64,000 bases of DNA from Squalus acanthias (taxonomy: Eukaryota): contig JASTWF010000337.1 of assembly GCA_030390025.1 (NCBI GenBank), forward strand, positions 1 to 64,000, in the 5' to 3' direction. Every line of letters begins with the position of its first letter. Within the stretch, counting starts at the first letter, position 1. The position numbers and the translations under genes were made by a program. This document shows positions 15,001-29,150 of this stretch, one piece after another. The notes under the pieces are model-generated. The model made no database searches. It saw nothing but the letters and a program-made list of their open reading frames with translations, and had not been told where the DNA came from.

Positions 15001-18000
15001 TATACACAGGGGCTGCTATTCCCTATAATATACACAGGGGCTGCTATTCTGTATAATATGCAGAGGGGCTGCTATTCTCTATAATATACACATGGGCTGC
15101 TATTCCCTATAGTATACACAGGGTCTGCTATTCCCTATAGTATACACAGGGGCTGCTATTCACTATAATATACACAGGGACTGATATTCCCTATAGTATA
15201 CACAGGAGCTGATATTCTCTATAATATGCATAGGGACTGCTATTGTCTATATTTTACACAGGGGCTGCTATTCAGTATAATATACTTAGGGACAGCTTTC
15301 CCCTATAATATACACAGGGGCAGTTATTTTCTATAATATACACAGGGCCCGCTAATCTCTATAATATGCACAGGAGCTGCTATTCACTACAATATGCACT
15401 GGGGCTGCTATTCTCTATAATATTCACAGGGGCTGCTATTCTCTATAATATACACAGGGGCTGCTATTCTCCAAAATATACACAGGGGCTGCTATTCTCT
15501 GTAATATACACAGGGGCTGCTATTCTCTATAATATACACAGGGCCTGCTATTCTCTATAATATGCACAGCGGCTGCTAGTCTCTGTAATATACACAGGGG
15601 CTGTTTTCCCCTATAGTATACACAGCGGCTGCTATTCAGTATAATATGCACAGTGTCTCATATTCCTTATAATATACACTGGGGCTGCTATTCCCTGTAG
15701 TATACACAGGGGCTGCTATTCCATATAATACACATAGGGACAGCTTTCCCCTATAATATACACAGAGGCAGTTATTCTCTATAATATCCACAGTGTCTGC
15801 TATTCTCCATAATATGCACAGGGACTTCTATTATAAATAATATACGCAAGTGCTCATATTCTCTATAATATACACAGGGGCTGCTATTCTCTGTAATATA
15901 CACAGGAGCTGCTATTCTCTATAATATGCACAGGAGCTGCTATTCTCTATAATATGCATAGGGGCTGCTTTTCTCTATAATATACACAGGGTCTGTTATT
16001 CTCCATAATATGCACAGGGACTGCTATTCTAAATAATGTAGACAGGTGCTCATATTCACTACAATATACACAGGGGCTGCTATTCCCTATTATATACACA
16101 GGGGCAGCTATTCTCTATAATATACACAGGGCCCGCTAATCTCTATAATATGCACAGGAGCTGCTATTCACTACAATATGCACAGGGGCTGCTATTCTCT
16201 ATAATATACACAGGGGCTGCTATTCTCTATAATATGCACAGAGGCTGCTATTCTCTATAGTATACACATGGGCTGCTATTCTCTGTAATATACACAGGGG
16301 CTGCTATTCCCTATAGTATACACATGGGCTGCTATTCCCTATAGTATACACAGGGGCTGATATACTCTCTAATATGCACAGGGTCTGCTTTCCCCTGTAA
16401 TATACACAGGGGCTGCAACTTTATATAATATTCACAGGGGCTGCTAGTCCCTATAATTTGCATAGGGGCTGCTATTCCCTATAATATACACATGGACTGC
16501 TATTCTCTGTATTTTACACAGGGGCTGCTATTCTCTGTATTTTACACAGGGGCTGCTATTCTCTATAATATGCACAGGGGCTGCTATTCTCTATAATATG
16601 CATAGGGACTGCTATTGTCTATATTTTACACAGGGGCTGCTATTTTCTATAATATACACAGGGGATTCTATTCTCTATAATATGCACAGGAGCTGATATT
16701 CGCTATAATATGCACAGGGGCTGCTATTGTCTATATTTTACACAGGGGCTGCTATTCAGTATAATATACTTAGGGACAGCTTTCCCCTATAATATACACA
16801 GGGGCAGTTATTCTCTATAATATCCACAGGGTCTGCTATTCTCCATAATATGCACAGGGACTGCTATTCTAAATAATATACACAGGTGCTCATATTCACT
16901 ACAATATACACAGGGACTGGTTTCCCCTATTATATACACAGGGGCAGCAATTCTCTATAATATACACAGGGCCCGCTAATCTCTATAATATGCACAGGAG
17001 CTGCTATTCACTACAATATGCACAGGGGCTGCTATTCTCTATAATATGCACAGGGGCTGCTATTCTCTGTAATATACACAGGGGCTGCTATTCCCTATAA
17101 TATACACAGGGCCTGCTATTCTCTATAATATGCACAGCGGCTGCTATTCTCTGTAATATACACAGGGACTGTTTTCCCCTATAGTATACACAGGGGCTGC
17201 TATTCAGTATAATATTCACAGTGTCTCATATTCCTTATAATATACACTGGGGCTGCTATTCCCTGTAGTATACACAGGGGCTGCTATTCCTTATAATAGA
17301 CACAGGGGCTGATATTCTCTATAATATACACAGGGGCAGCTATTCTCTATAATATGCAGAGGCGCTGCTATTATATATAATATTCACAGTAGCTGCTATT
17401 CCCTATAATATGCACAGGGGCTGCTATTCTCCATAATATGCACAGGGACTTCTATTCTGAATAATATACGCAGGTGCTCATATTCACTACAATATACGCA
17501 GTGACTGCTTTCCCCTATTATATACACAGGGGCAGCTATTCTCTATATTATGCACAGGGATCGCTATTCGCTATGACATACACAGGGGCTGCTATTCGAT
17601 ATAATATGCACAGCGGCTGCTATTCTCTATAATATACAGAGGGGTGGCTATTCTCTGTAATATACACAGTGGCTGCTATTCTCTATACTATACACAAGGC
17701 CTGCTATTCTCTATAATATGCACAGGGGCTGCTATTCCCTATAATATACACAGGGGCTGCTATTCCCTATAACATACACAGGGGCTGCTATTCCCTATAA
17801 TATACACAGGAGCTGCTATTCCCTATAACATACACAGGGGCTGCTATTCCCTATAATATACACAAGGGCTGCTATTCCCTATAATATACACAAGGGCTGC
17901 TATTCCTTATAATATACACAGGGGCAGCTATTCCCTATATTATACACAGGGGCTGCTATTCACTATAATATACGCAGGGGCTGCTATTCTCTGTAATATA

Positions 18001-20760
18001 CACAGGGGCTGCTATTCTCTATAATATACACAGGAGCTGCTATTCCCTATAACATACACAGGGGCTGCTATTCCCTATAATATACACAGGGGCTGCTATT
18101 CACTATAATATACACAGGGGCTGCTATTCCCTATAATATAGACAGGGGCTGCTATTCACTATAATATACACAGGGGCTGCTATTCTCTGTAATATACACA
18201 GGGGCTGCTATTCTCTATAATATACACAGGGGCTGCTATTCTCTGTAATATACACAGGGGCTGCTATTCGCTATAATATACACAGGGGCTGCTATTCACT
18301 ATAATTTGCACAGGGACTGCTATTCCTTATAATATACACAGGAGCAGCTATTCCCTATATTATACACAGGGGCTGCTATTCACTATAATATACACAGGGG
18401 CTGCTATTCCCTATAATATACACAGGAGCTGTTATTCCCTATAATATACACAGGAGCTGCTATTCCCTATAACATACACAGGGGCTGCTATTCCCTATAA
18501 TATACACAGGGGCTGCTATTCACTATAACATGCACAGGGGCTGTTATTCTCTATAATATACACAGGAGCTGCTATTCCCTATAACATACACAGGGGCTGC
18601 TTTTCCTTATAATGTACACAGGGGCAGCTATTCCCTATATTATACACAGGGGCTGCTATTCACTATAATATAGACAGGGGCTGCTATTCACTATAATATA
18701 CACAGGGGCTTCAATTCTCTGTAATATACACAGGGGCAGCTATTCTCTATAATATACACAGGGGCTGCTATTCTCTATAATATACACAGGGGCTGCTATT
18801 CTCTGTAATATACACAGGGGCTGCTATTCGCTATAATATACACAGGGACTGTTTTCCCCTATAGTATACACAGGGGTTGTTATTCAGTATAATATGCACA
18901 GGGACGGCTATTCCTTATAATATACACAGGGGCTGCTATTCTCTGTAATATACACAGGGGCTGCTATTCCCTATAGTGTACACAGGGGCTGCTATTTCCT
19001 ATAGTATACACAGGGGCTGATATTCTCTATAATCTACACAGGGGCTTCTATTCCCTATAATATACACAGGGCTGCTATTCACTATAATATGCACAGGGAC
19101 TGCTATTCTCTATATTATGCACAGCAGCTGCTATTCTCTATAATATGTACAGGTACTTTTATTCCCTATAATATACACAGGGGCTGCTGTTCCCTATAAA
19201 ATACACAGGGGCTGCTATTCCATAGAATACACATAGGGCTGGTTTCCCCTATAATATACACAGGGGCAGTTATTCTCTATAATATCCACAGGGTCTGCTA
19301 TTCTCCATAATATGCACAGGGACTTCTATTATAAATAAAATACACAGGTGCTCATATTCACTACAATATACACAGGGACTGCTTTCCCCTATTATATACA
19401 CAGGGGCAGCTAGTCACTATATTATGCACAGGGCCCGCTATTCTCTATAATATGCACAGGGGCTGCTATTTTCTATAATACGCACAGGGGCTGCTATTCT
19501 CTGTAATATACGCAGGGGCTGCTATTCCCTATAACATACATAGGGGCTGCTATTCTCCATAATATACACATGGGCTGTTTTCCCCCATATTATACACAGG
19601 GGCTGCTATTCAGTATAATATACACTGGGGCTGCTATTCTTTGTAATATACACAGGGTCTGCTATTCCCTATAGTATACACAGGGACTGATATTCTCTGT
19701 AATATGCACAGGGACTTCTATTCTAAATAATATACACAGGTGCTCATATTCACGTCAATATACACAGGGACTGCGTTCCCCTATTATATACACAGGGGCT
19801 GCTATTCTCTATAATATACACAGTGGCTGCTATTCACTGTAATAAACACACGTGGCTGCTAATCCCTATTATATACACAGGGGCTGCTATTCCCTATAAT
19901 ATGCACAGGGGCTGCTATTCCCTATATTATACACAGGGGCTGTTATTCTCTGTAATATATATAGAGCCTGCTATTCTCTATAATATGCACAGGGGCTGCT
20001 TTTCCCTATAATATACACAGGGGCTGCTTTTCCCTATAATATACACATTGGCTGCTATTCACTATAATATAGACAGGGGCTGCTATTCTCTGTAATATAC
20101 ACAGGGGCTGCTATTCTCTATAATATACCTAGGACCTGCTATTCTCTATAATAAACACAGGGGCTGCTATTCTCTATATTATACACAGGGGCTGCTATTC
20201 TCTGTAATATACACAGAGCCTATTATTCTCTATAATATGCACAGGGGCTGCTATTCTCTATAATATGCACAGGGGCTGCTATTCCCTATAATATACACAG
20301 GGGCTGATATTCCCTATAATATACACAGGTGCTGCTATTCTCTGTAATATACACAGGGGTAGCTATTCTCTATAATATGCACTGGGGCTTCTATTCCCTA
20401 TAGTATACACAGTGGCTGCTATTCCCTATAGTATACACAGGGTTTGCTGTTCCCTGTAGTATACACAGTGGCTGCTATTCCCCATAGTATACACAGGGGC
20501 TGCTTTTCCATATAATATACAGAGGGGCTGCTATTCACTAAAATATGCACAGGAACTGCTATTCCTTATAATATACACAGGGGCTGCTATTCTCTGCAAT
20601 ATACACAGGGGCTGTTTTCCCCTATAATATACACAGGGGCTGCTATTCTGTATAATATACACAGGGGCTGTTATTTCCTAGAGGATACACAGGGGCAGCT
20701 ATTCCCTATAATATACACAGGGGCTGCTATTTTGTATAATATACACAGGAGCTGCTATCA
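1..20760. repeat. 28-bp satellite array (consensus ACAGGGGCTGCTATTCTCTATAATATAC) with higher-order repeats; truncated by window start
   Basis: Period of 28 nt is read directly (GCTGC at 1, 29, 57...). A variant block containing TGAATAATATACGCAGGTGCTCATATTCACTAC recurs, and the matching 71-aa spurious ORFs start at 622, 3864, 8279, 11521 and 14820. Confidence 0.98.
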
Positions 20761-20852
20761 GTATAGAAGCAGAGAAGATAGGAGCGGGAGTAGGCCATTC
20801 GGCCCCTCGAGCCTGCTCTGCCATTAATGAGATCATGGCTGATCATCCAAAT

Positions 20853-23800
20853 TCAGTACCCTGTCCCTGCTTTCTCCCCATATCCCTTGTTCCCTTTAGC
20901 CTTAAAAAATATATCTGTCTCATTCTTGAATATATTTAATGAATTGGCCTCAACTGCCTTCTGTGGTAGAGAATTCCACAGGTTCACCACTCTCTGGGTG
21001 AAGAAATTCCTCCTCATCTTAGTCCTAAATGGCTTACCCCTTATCCTTAGACTGTGACCTCTGGTTCTGGACACCCCCGCCATCGGGAACATCCTTCCTG
21101 CATCTAGTCTGTCTAGTCCTGTTCGAATTTTATAAGTTTCAATGAGATCCCCTCTCATTCTTCGAAACTCTAGCGATTATAAGCCTAATCGACCCAATCT
21201 CTCTTCATACGTCATTCCTGCCATCCCAGGTATCAGTGTGGTAAATCTTCGCTGCACTCCCTCCATGGCAAGAACATCCTTCCTCAGATAAGGCGACCAA
21301 AACTGCACACAATACTCAAGGTGTGGTCTCACCAAGGCCCTGTACAACTGCAGCAAGACATCCTTGCTCCTGTACTCGAATCCTCTCACTATGAAGGCCA
21401 ACATACCATTTGCCTTCTTAACCGCCTGCTGCACCTGCATGCTTACCTTCAGCAACTGGTGCACAAGGACTCCCAGATCTCGTTGCACTTTCCCTTTTCC
21501 CAATCTATTGCCATTCAGATAATAATCTGTCTTCCTGTTTTTGCCACCAAAGTGGATAACCTCGCATTTATCCACATTATACTGCATCTGCCATGCATCT
21601 GCCCAATCACCCAACCTGTCCAAATCAAACTTGAGTTTCTCTGCATCCTCCTCACAGCACACACGCCCACCCAGCTTTGTGCTGTCTGCAAACTTAGAGA
21701 TATTACATCTAGTTCCCTCGTCTAGATCATTAATATATATTGTGAATAGCTGGGGTCCTAGCACCGATCCCTGCGGTACCCCACTAGTCACTGCCTGCCA
21801 CTCGGACAAAGACCCGTTTATTCCAACTCTTTGCTTCCTGTCTGCCAACCAGTTCTCTATCCAAATCAGTACCTTACCCCCAATCCCATGTGCTTTAACT
21901 TTGCACGCTAATCTCTTATGCGGGACCATATCGAAAGACTTCTGAAAGTCCAAATACACCACATCCACTGTTTCTCCCTTATCTATTCTACCAGTTACAT
22001 CCTCAAAAAATTCCAGTAGATTAGTCAGGCATGATTTCCCTTTTGTAAATCCATGTTGACTTTGTCCGATCCTGTCACTGTTTTCCAAGTGCTCTGCTAT
22101 TTCATCTTTTATAATGAACTCTAGCATTTTGCCCACTACCGATGTCAGGCTTACGGTCTGTAATTCCCCGTTTTTTCTCTACCACCTTTTTTAAATAGTG
22201 GGGTTACATTAGCTACCCTCCAATCCATGGGAACTGTTCCAGAGTCTATTGAATTTTGAAAGATGACCAGCAATGCATCTACTATTTCTAGGGCCACTTC
22301 CTTAAGTACCCTAGGATGTAGATTATCAGGCCCTGGGGATTTATCGGCCTTCAATCCCGTCAATTTCCCTAACACCATTTCCCTACAAATACTGATTTCA
22401 TTCAGTTCCTCCCTCTCATTAGACCCTATGTACCCCGACATCTCTGGGAGTTTATTTGTGTCCTCCTTTGTGAAGACAGAAAGAAAGTATATATTTAATT
22501 CGTCAGCCATTTCTTCGTTCCCCATTATAAATTCCCCTGATTCTGACTGCAAGGGACCTACGCTTGACTTCACCAATCTTTTTCTCTTCACATATCTATA
22601 GAAGCTTTTACAGTCAGTTTTTATGTTCCCTGAAAGCTTACTCTCATATTCTATTGTCCCCCTCTTAATTAATCCCTTTGTCCTCCTTTGCTGAATCCTA
22701 AACTGCTCCCAATCCACAGGTTTGCTGCTTTTTCTGGCCAATTTATATGTCCTCTCCTTGGATCTTATGCTATCCCTAATTTCCCTTGTTAGTTGTGCCA
22801 CCTTTTTTGTTTTATTTTTATGCCAAACAGGGATGAACAAATTCTGTAGTTCATCCATGCGATCTTTAAATGTTTGCCATTGCCTATCTACCATCAACCC
22901 TTTAAGTAACGCTCCCCAATCCATCCTAGCCAAGTCGTGCCTCATACCATCGTAGTTGCCTTTATTTAAATTCAGGACCCTAGTCTCTGAGTCAACTACT
23001 TCACTCTCCATCTTAATGAAGAATTCTATCATACTATGATCGCTCCTCCCCAAGGGGCCTCGCACAACAGGATTGCAATTAATCCTTTCTCATTACATAA
23101 TACCCAGTCTAAGATGGCCTGATCTCTAGTTGGTTCCTCGACATATTGGTCCAGCAAACCATCCCGTATACACTCTAGGAATTCCTCCTCCACAGTATTG
23201 TTACTAATTTGGTTAGCCCAATCTATATGTAGATTAATGTCACCCATGATAACTGCTGTGCCCTTATTGCATGCATCTCTAATTTCCCATTTAATGCCAT
23301 CCCAACCTCAGCATTACTGTTTGGGGGTCTGTATACAACTCCCACTAACATTTTCTGCCCCTTGGTATTTCTCAGCTCTACCCATACAGATTCCACATCA
23401 TCAGAGCTAATATCCTTCCTTACTATTGTGTTAATCTCCTCTTTAACCAGCAATGCTACCCCACCTCCTTTTCCTTTTTGTCTGTCCTTCCTGAATATTG
23501 AATACCCCTGGATGTTGAATTCCCAGCCTTGGTCACCCTGGAGCCATGTCTCCGTAATCCCAATTATATCATATCTGTTTACATCTATTTGTGCAGCTAA
23601 TTCATCCATCTTATTACGAATGCTCCTCGCATTAAGACACAAAGCCTTCAGACTTGTTTTTTTAACACTCTTAGGGGTAGAAATTAGGTCGCGCCCCATT
23701 TGGGGCGCAAATATCGTCTGGACGCAAATATTAGCGCCTGGCGCTAATTATCGGCACTGACAGGAAACTTCACTTTTACCGCCCCGGGAGGTGAGTGGAG

Positions 23801-24720
23801 CGCTAAAGCAGGCGCTGCACACCTGTCTTAAGGCGCAAAGGCCAAGGAGTGAGGCGCTAACTCAGAGCGCTGGCGAAGCTCATGTAATGTCAGTCAGCAA
23901 TGAAACACACACACAATGGCACGGGCCAGTTCTTAAAGGGGATGGTTAATCTTGCTTTCCATCCACATCCTGTTCATTGCAGCCTTGAATCTCGGCCTGG
24001 AGAGACTTGCACATCAAATGTGCTGGAAAGAACAATGGAGAGTACCAGGCAAAGAGCTCAGAGTGCAGCTCCCACAGTCTCTGCTAAATCGATACAAGGA
24101 ATGGCAAATCAAAATGAACCTGCAAAGTGCTGCTCAGTACCCAAAACTCCTTCCCACAACGTTGAATCTCTCCAGAAGTCTCTCCCTCTCTCTCTCAGAA
24201 TGCGTAGTTCAAAAATGCCACCAACAATAAAAGACAGGAAGAGACCCCCTTTAAATAGCGCCCCCCCCAGCCCCACAGCAATTGATAGCGTTCCAGTCTT
24301 CTGGTCGTTGGATGCGCCAGGCGGTAAGGCAGGGGGCGCCACTCAATTTCCGCTCCGGGGCGCCACAAGGGCGTTGCACCATGGAATGACGTCACAATCT
24401 GCGCGCGCAGGTGGTCGCAGCGGTAAGTTTTAGCGCCGCCGCACAATCTCAAGTTAAGTTCTCGAGCGGCGCAAACATCGCTGCGCACGGGTGTTAGCGG
24501 CTTTGCGCCCCATTAGCGCCCTCTTAAGGCGCTAACGGGAGGCGCAACCAAGTGAATTTTTACCCCTTAGTCCTTTTCGAATTATTATTTACTGTAGCCC
24601 TGTTTGACTTACACCCTTTATTTCTCTGACTTCCACTTTTGCTTTTCTCCTTCCTGTCTTTTGCTTCTACCCTTGCTTCCCTTTCCTCTGTTTCCCTGCA
24701 CAGGTTCCCAACCCCCTGCC
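20853..24720 (-). pseudogene. CR1 ORF2 (APE endonuclease-reverse transcriptase), frameshifted and split by a MITE
   Basis: Consecutive ORF pieces 23223-23699, 23029-23247, 22151-23065, 21177-22136 and 20853-21158 join into APE-RT. The catalytic FADD has mutated to FADS. Confidence 0.93.
23674..24566. mobile_element. Non-autonomous PIF/Harbinger-type DNA transposon (MITE, 893 bp)
   Basis: TTA is duplicated at 23671-23673 and 24567-24569. Terminal inverted repeats are GGGGTAGAAATT and AATTTTTACCCC (11/12). The segment is absent from the sister CR1 copy near 54770-54800. Confidence 0.88.
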
Positions 24721-24723
24721 ATT

Positions 24724-25672
24724 TTATTTTAAACCCTCCCCAACAGCACTAGCAAACACTCCCCCGAGGACATCGGTCCCGGTCCTGCCCAGGTGCAAAC
24801 CGTCCAGTTTGTACTGGTCCCACCTCCTCCAGAACCCGTTCCAATGTCCCAGGAATTTGAATCCCTCCCCCTTGCACCATTCCTCTAGCCACGTATTCAC
24901 CCGAAATATCTTTCTATTTCTACTCTGACTAGCACGTGGCACTGGTAACAATCCTGAGATTACTACCTTTGAGGTCCTATTTTTTAATTTACCTGCTAAC
25001 TCCATATATTCAGCTTTTAGGACCTCATCCCGTTTTTTTACCTATATCGTTGGTACCTATATGCACCACGACAACTGGCTGTTCAACCTCCCCCTCCAGA
25101 ATGCCCTGCAGCCACTCCGAGATGCTTGACCCTTGCACCAGGGAGGCAACACACCATCCTGAAGTCTCGTTTGTGGCTGCAGAAATGCCTATCTATTCCC
25201 CTTACAATTGAATCCCCTATCACTATAGCTCTCCCGCTCTTTTTCCTCGCCTCCTGTGCAGCAGAACCACCCATGGTGCCTGGAAGTTGGCTGCTGCTGC
25301 CTTCCCCCGATAAGCCATCTCCCTCAACAATATCCAAAGTGGTATATCTGTTTGAGAGGGGGATGTCCACAGGGGACCCCTGCACTAACTGCCTGCGCCT
25401 ACTACTCTGCCTGGTGGTCACTCATTCCCTTCCTGCCTGTGCAGCCTTTACCTGTGGTGTGACCAACTCCCTAAACGTGCTACCACAATGTCCTCAGCAT
25501 CGCGAATGCTCTAGTATGCATCCATTCGCAGCTCCAGCACCACAATGTGGTCTGCCAGTAGCTGCAGCTGGATACTTTTCCCGCACACATGGTTGCCAGG
25601 GACACAGGAAGTGTCCCTGATTTCCCACATAGTGCAGGAGGAGCATACCACGGGGCCGAGCTGTGCTGCCAT
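24724..25672 (-). pseudogene. CR1 ORF1 (N-terminal CxxC..CxxC zinc finger, leucine zipper, SGNH/GDSL esterase), frameshifted
   Basis: ATG at 25672 (MAAQLGPVVCSSCTMWE), IVIGDSIVRG motif, VVISGLLPVP and the C-terminus DGLHL...FASAVGEGL. Confidence 0.88.
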
Positions 25673-25988
25673 GACTTACCCTTTTAATTAATTTAAATTA
25701 ACTCAAATCAATACCACAAATTACACTACAATTAAATGATATAATCAAGGGTCCTTGTAAACTTGCTCTCCCTGCTACACAACAGAGACCTTAGAAACTA
25801 TAACCACAAAAATTAGGACCTTCTAAACTTTATAAACTATTAACCTGAACTGTCAAACTACAGAGTAGTATAAATACTCACCTGGCCCTACTCACCCAAT
25901 CAGCTGCTTCCTCCTGTCCGCATCACTTTTTGAATTATGACGTGGCTCTGGAACGCCACTGCCGGTCTGTGAGATTGGTAAGACTTTG

Positions 25989-26230
25989 AAAAAAAGCCCG
26001 TGAAAGTGAGCTTAAATACTCAGTGTGCTGCTGCTCTCTCTGCTCCCGACACTGGCCTCTGCAAAAAAGCCCGTGAAAGTGAGCTTAAATACTCACTGTG
26101 CTGCTGCTCTCTCCGCTCCCGACACTGGCCTCTGCAAAAAAGCCCGTGAAAGTGAGCTTAAATACTCACTGTGCTGCTGCTCTCTCCGCTCCCGACACTG
26201 GCCTTTGATAAAAAGCCCGCGAAAGCCCGT
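25989..26230 (-). repeat. 73-bp tandem monomers (about 3.3 copies) at the CR1 5' end
   Basis: GCCCGTGAAAGTGAGCTTAAATACTCA starts at 25996, 26069 and 26142, with a partial copy near 26215. Confidence 0.9.
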
Positions 26231-26231
26231 G

Positions 26232-28757
26232 TATATTCTCTATAACATACACATGAGCTGCTATTCTCTATAATATACACAGGGGCTGCTATTCCCTATA
26301 ATATACACAGGGGCTGCTATTCCCTATAATATACACAGGGGCTGCTATTCCCTATAATATACACAGGGGCTGCTATTCCCTATAATATACACAGGGCCTG
26401 CTATTCTCTATAATATACACAGGGCCTGCTATTCCCTATAATATACACAGAGGCTGCTATTCTCTATAATATACACAGGGGCTGCTATTCTCTATAATAT
26501 ACACAGGGCCTGCTATTCCCTATAATATACACAGGGGCTGCTATTCTATATAATATACACAGGGCCTGCTATTCTCTATAATATACACAGGGGCTGCTAT
26601 TCTCTATAATATACACAGGGGCTGCTATTCTCTATAATATACACAGGGGCTGCTATTCTCTATAATATACACAGGGGCTGCTATTCTCTATAATATACAC
26701 AGGGGCTGCTATTCTCTATAATATACACAGGGCCTGCTATTCTCTATAATATACACAGGGGCTGCTATTCTCTATAATATACACAGGGCCTGCTATTCCC
26801 TATAATATACACAGGGGCTGCTATTCTATATAATATACACAGGGGCTGCTATTCTCTATAATATACACAGGGGCTGCTATTCTCTATAATATACACAGGG
26901 CCTGCTATTCCCTATAATATACACAGGGGCTGCTATTCTCTATAATATACACAGGGGCTGCTATTCTCTATAATATACACAGGGCCTGCTATTCCCTATA
27001 ATATACACAGGGGCTGCTATTCTATATAATATACACAGGGCCTGCTATTCCCTATAATATACACAGGGGCTGCTATTCTCTATAATATACACAGGGCCTG
27101 CTATTCTCTATAATATACACAGGGCCTGCTATTCTCTATAATATACACAGGGGCTGCTATTCTCTATAATATACACAGGGGCTGCTATTCTCTATAATAT
27201 ACACAGGGCCTGCTATTCTCTATAATATACACAGGGGCTGCTATTCTCTATAATATACACAGGGGCTGCTATTCCCTATAATATACACAGGGGCTGCTAT
27301 TCTATATAATATACACAGGGGCTGCTATTCTATATAATATACACAGGGGCTGCTATTCTCTATAATATACACAGGGGCTGCTATTCTCTATAATATACAC
27401 AGGGGCTGCTATTCTATATAATATGCACAGGGGCTGCTATTCTATATAATATACACAGGGCCTGCTATTCCCTATAATATACACAGGGGCTGCTATTCTC
27501 TATAATATACACAGGGGCTGCTATTCCCTATAATATACACAGGGCCTGCTATTCTCTATAATATACACAGAGGCTGCTATACTCTATAATATACACAGGG
27601 GCTGCTATTCTCTATAATATACACAGGGGCTGCTATTCTCTATAATATACACAGGGGCTGCTATTCTCTATAATATACACAGGGGCTGCTATTCTCTATA
27701 ATATACACAGGGGCTGCTATTCTCTATAATATACACAGGGGCTGCTATTCTCTATAATATACACAGGGGCTGCTATTCTCTATAATATACACAGGGCCTG
27801 CTATTCTCTATAATATACACAGGGGCTGCTATTCTCTATAATATACACAGGGCCTGCTATTCCCTATAATATACACAGGGGCTGCTATTCTATATAATAT
27901 ACACAGGGGCTGCTATTCTCTATAATATACACAGGGGCTGCTATTCTCTATAATATACACAGGGCCTGCTATTCCCTATAATATACACAGGGGCTGCTAT
28001 TCTCTATAATATACACAGGGGCTGCTATTCTCTATAATATACACAGGGCCTGCTATTCCCTATAATATACACAGGGGCTGCTATTCTATATAATATACAC
28101 AGGGCCTGCTATTCCCTATAATATACACAGGGGCTGCTATTCTCTATAATATACACAGGGCCTGCTATTCTCTATAATATACACAGGGCCTGCTATTCTC
28201 TATAATATACACAGGGGCTGCTATTCTCTATAATATACACAGGGGCTGCTATTCTCTATAATATACACAGGGCCTGCTATTCTCTATAATATACACAGGG
28301 GCTGCTATTCTCTATAATATACACAGGGGCTGCTATTCCCTATAATATACACAGGGGCTGCTATTCTATATAATATACACAGGGGCTGCTATTCTATATA
28401 ATATACACAGGGGCTGCTATTCTCTATAATATACACAGGGGCTGCTATTCTCTATAATATACACAGGGGCTGCTATTCTATATAATATGCACAGGGGCTG
28501 CTATTCTATATAATATACACAGGGCCTGCTATTCCCTATAATATACACAGGGGCTGCTATTCTCTATAATATACACAGGGGCTGCTATTCCCTATAATAT
28601 ACACAGGGCCTGCTATTCTCTATAATATACACAGAGGCTGCTATACTCTATAATATACACAGGGGCTGCTATTCTCTATAATATACACAGGGGCTGCTAT
28701 TCTCTATAATATACACAGGGGCTGCTATTCTCTATAATATACACAGGGGCTGCTATT
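26232..28757. repeat. Continuation of the 28-bp satellite (homogeneous block with GGGCCTG variant)
   Basis: Same monomer as 1-20760. The rare variant AGAGGCTGCTATACTC recurs 1064 bp (38 monomers) apart. Confidence 0.97.
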
Positions 28758-28769
28758 TCATTTATTTTT

Positions 28770-29150
28770 TTCTTGGACTTGGTGGTCGTTGCTGGTCAAA
28801 CTATATTCATAGATCATCCCTGATTTCCCTGAGAACGTGGTGGTGGGTCTTATCCTTCCAGCGCTGCCAATCGTGTAGTGATGATGCCCCTAGACTGGTG
28901 TTAATACCGAGATCCAGTCTATGAATGCTGCACCGATGGAGGAATTGCCATGTATGTCCAGGTTGGGATGGTGTGTAACTTGGAGTTGATGGTGTTCACA
29001 TGATATTGCTGCTCTTGTTCTTCTTGGTGGTAATGTTCGCAGGGGTGGAAGGTGCTGCCAAAAATAGCCTTGGCGAGTTGCTGCAGTGCATCCTGTAGAG
29101 AGGACACACTGTAGCCGCAGTGCGCCGGTGGTGGAGGGAGTGGGGAAATG
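28770..29150 (-). mobile_element. Old 3' fragment of the same LINE family as 33276-36576
   Basis: Reverse complement aligns by eye with about 36175-36550 (compare QHLPPLRTLPPRRTRAA with QHLPNPRPLPPRRTRAA); diverged. Confidence 0.8.

Larger units (their letters stand above)
20765..26231 (-). mobile_element. Near full-length CR1-clade LINE inserted into the satellite; decayed and interrupted by a MITE
   Basis: Minus strand shows 5' tandem monomers, ORF1 (Zn-finger plus esterase), ORF2 APE fragments (LNARSIRNK, ITETWL, GVVYRPP), an RT fragment (SGVPQGSVLGP) and the CR1 C-terminus (FFTQRVVNLWNSLP). The 3' UTR ends near 20765. Confidence 0.95.

Noticed and set aside
622..20011. Repeated 71-aa and other short ORFs in the satellite
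   Set aside because: They are chance open frames of repeat monomers, useful only as markers of higher-order repeats.
23900..24433. 177-aa ORF as a transposase
   Set aside because: No DDE or other transposase motifs; it lies within a non-autonomous element.
1..28757. CRISPR-like array of 28-bp repeats
   Set aside because: Monomers are head-to-tail with no unique spacers, there are no cas genes, and the context is vertebrate.
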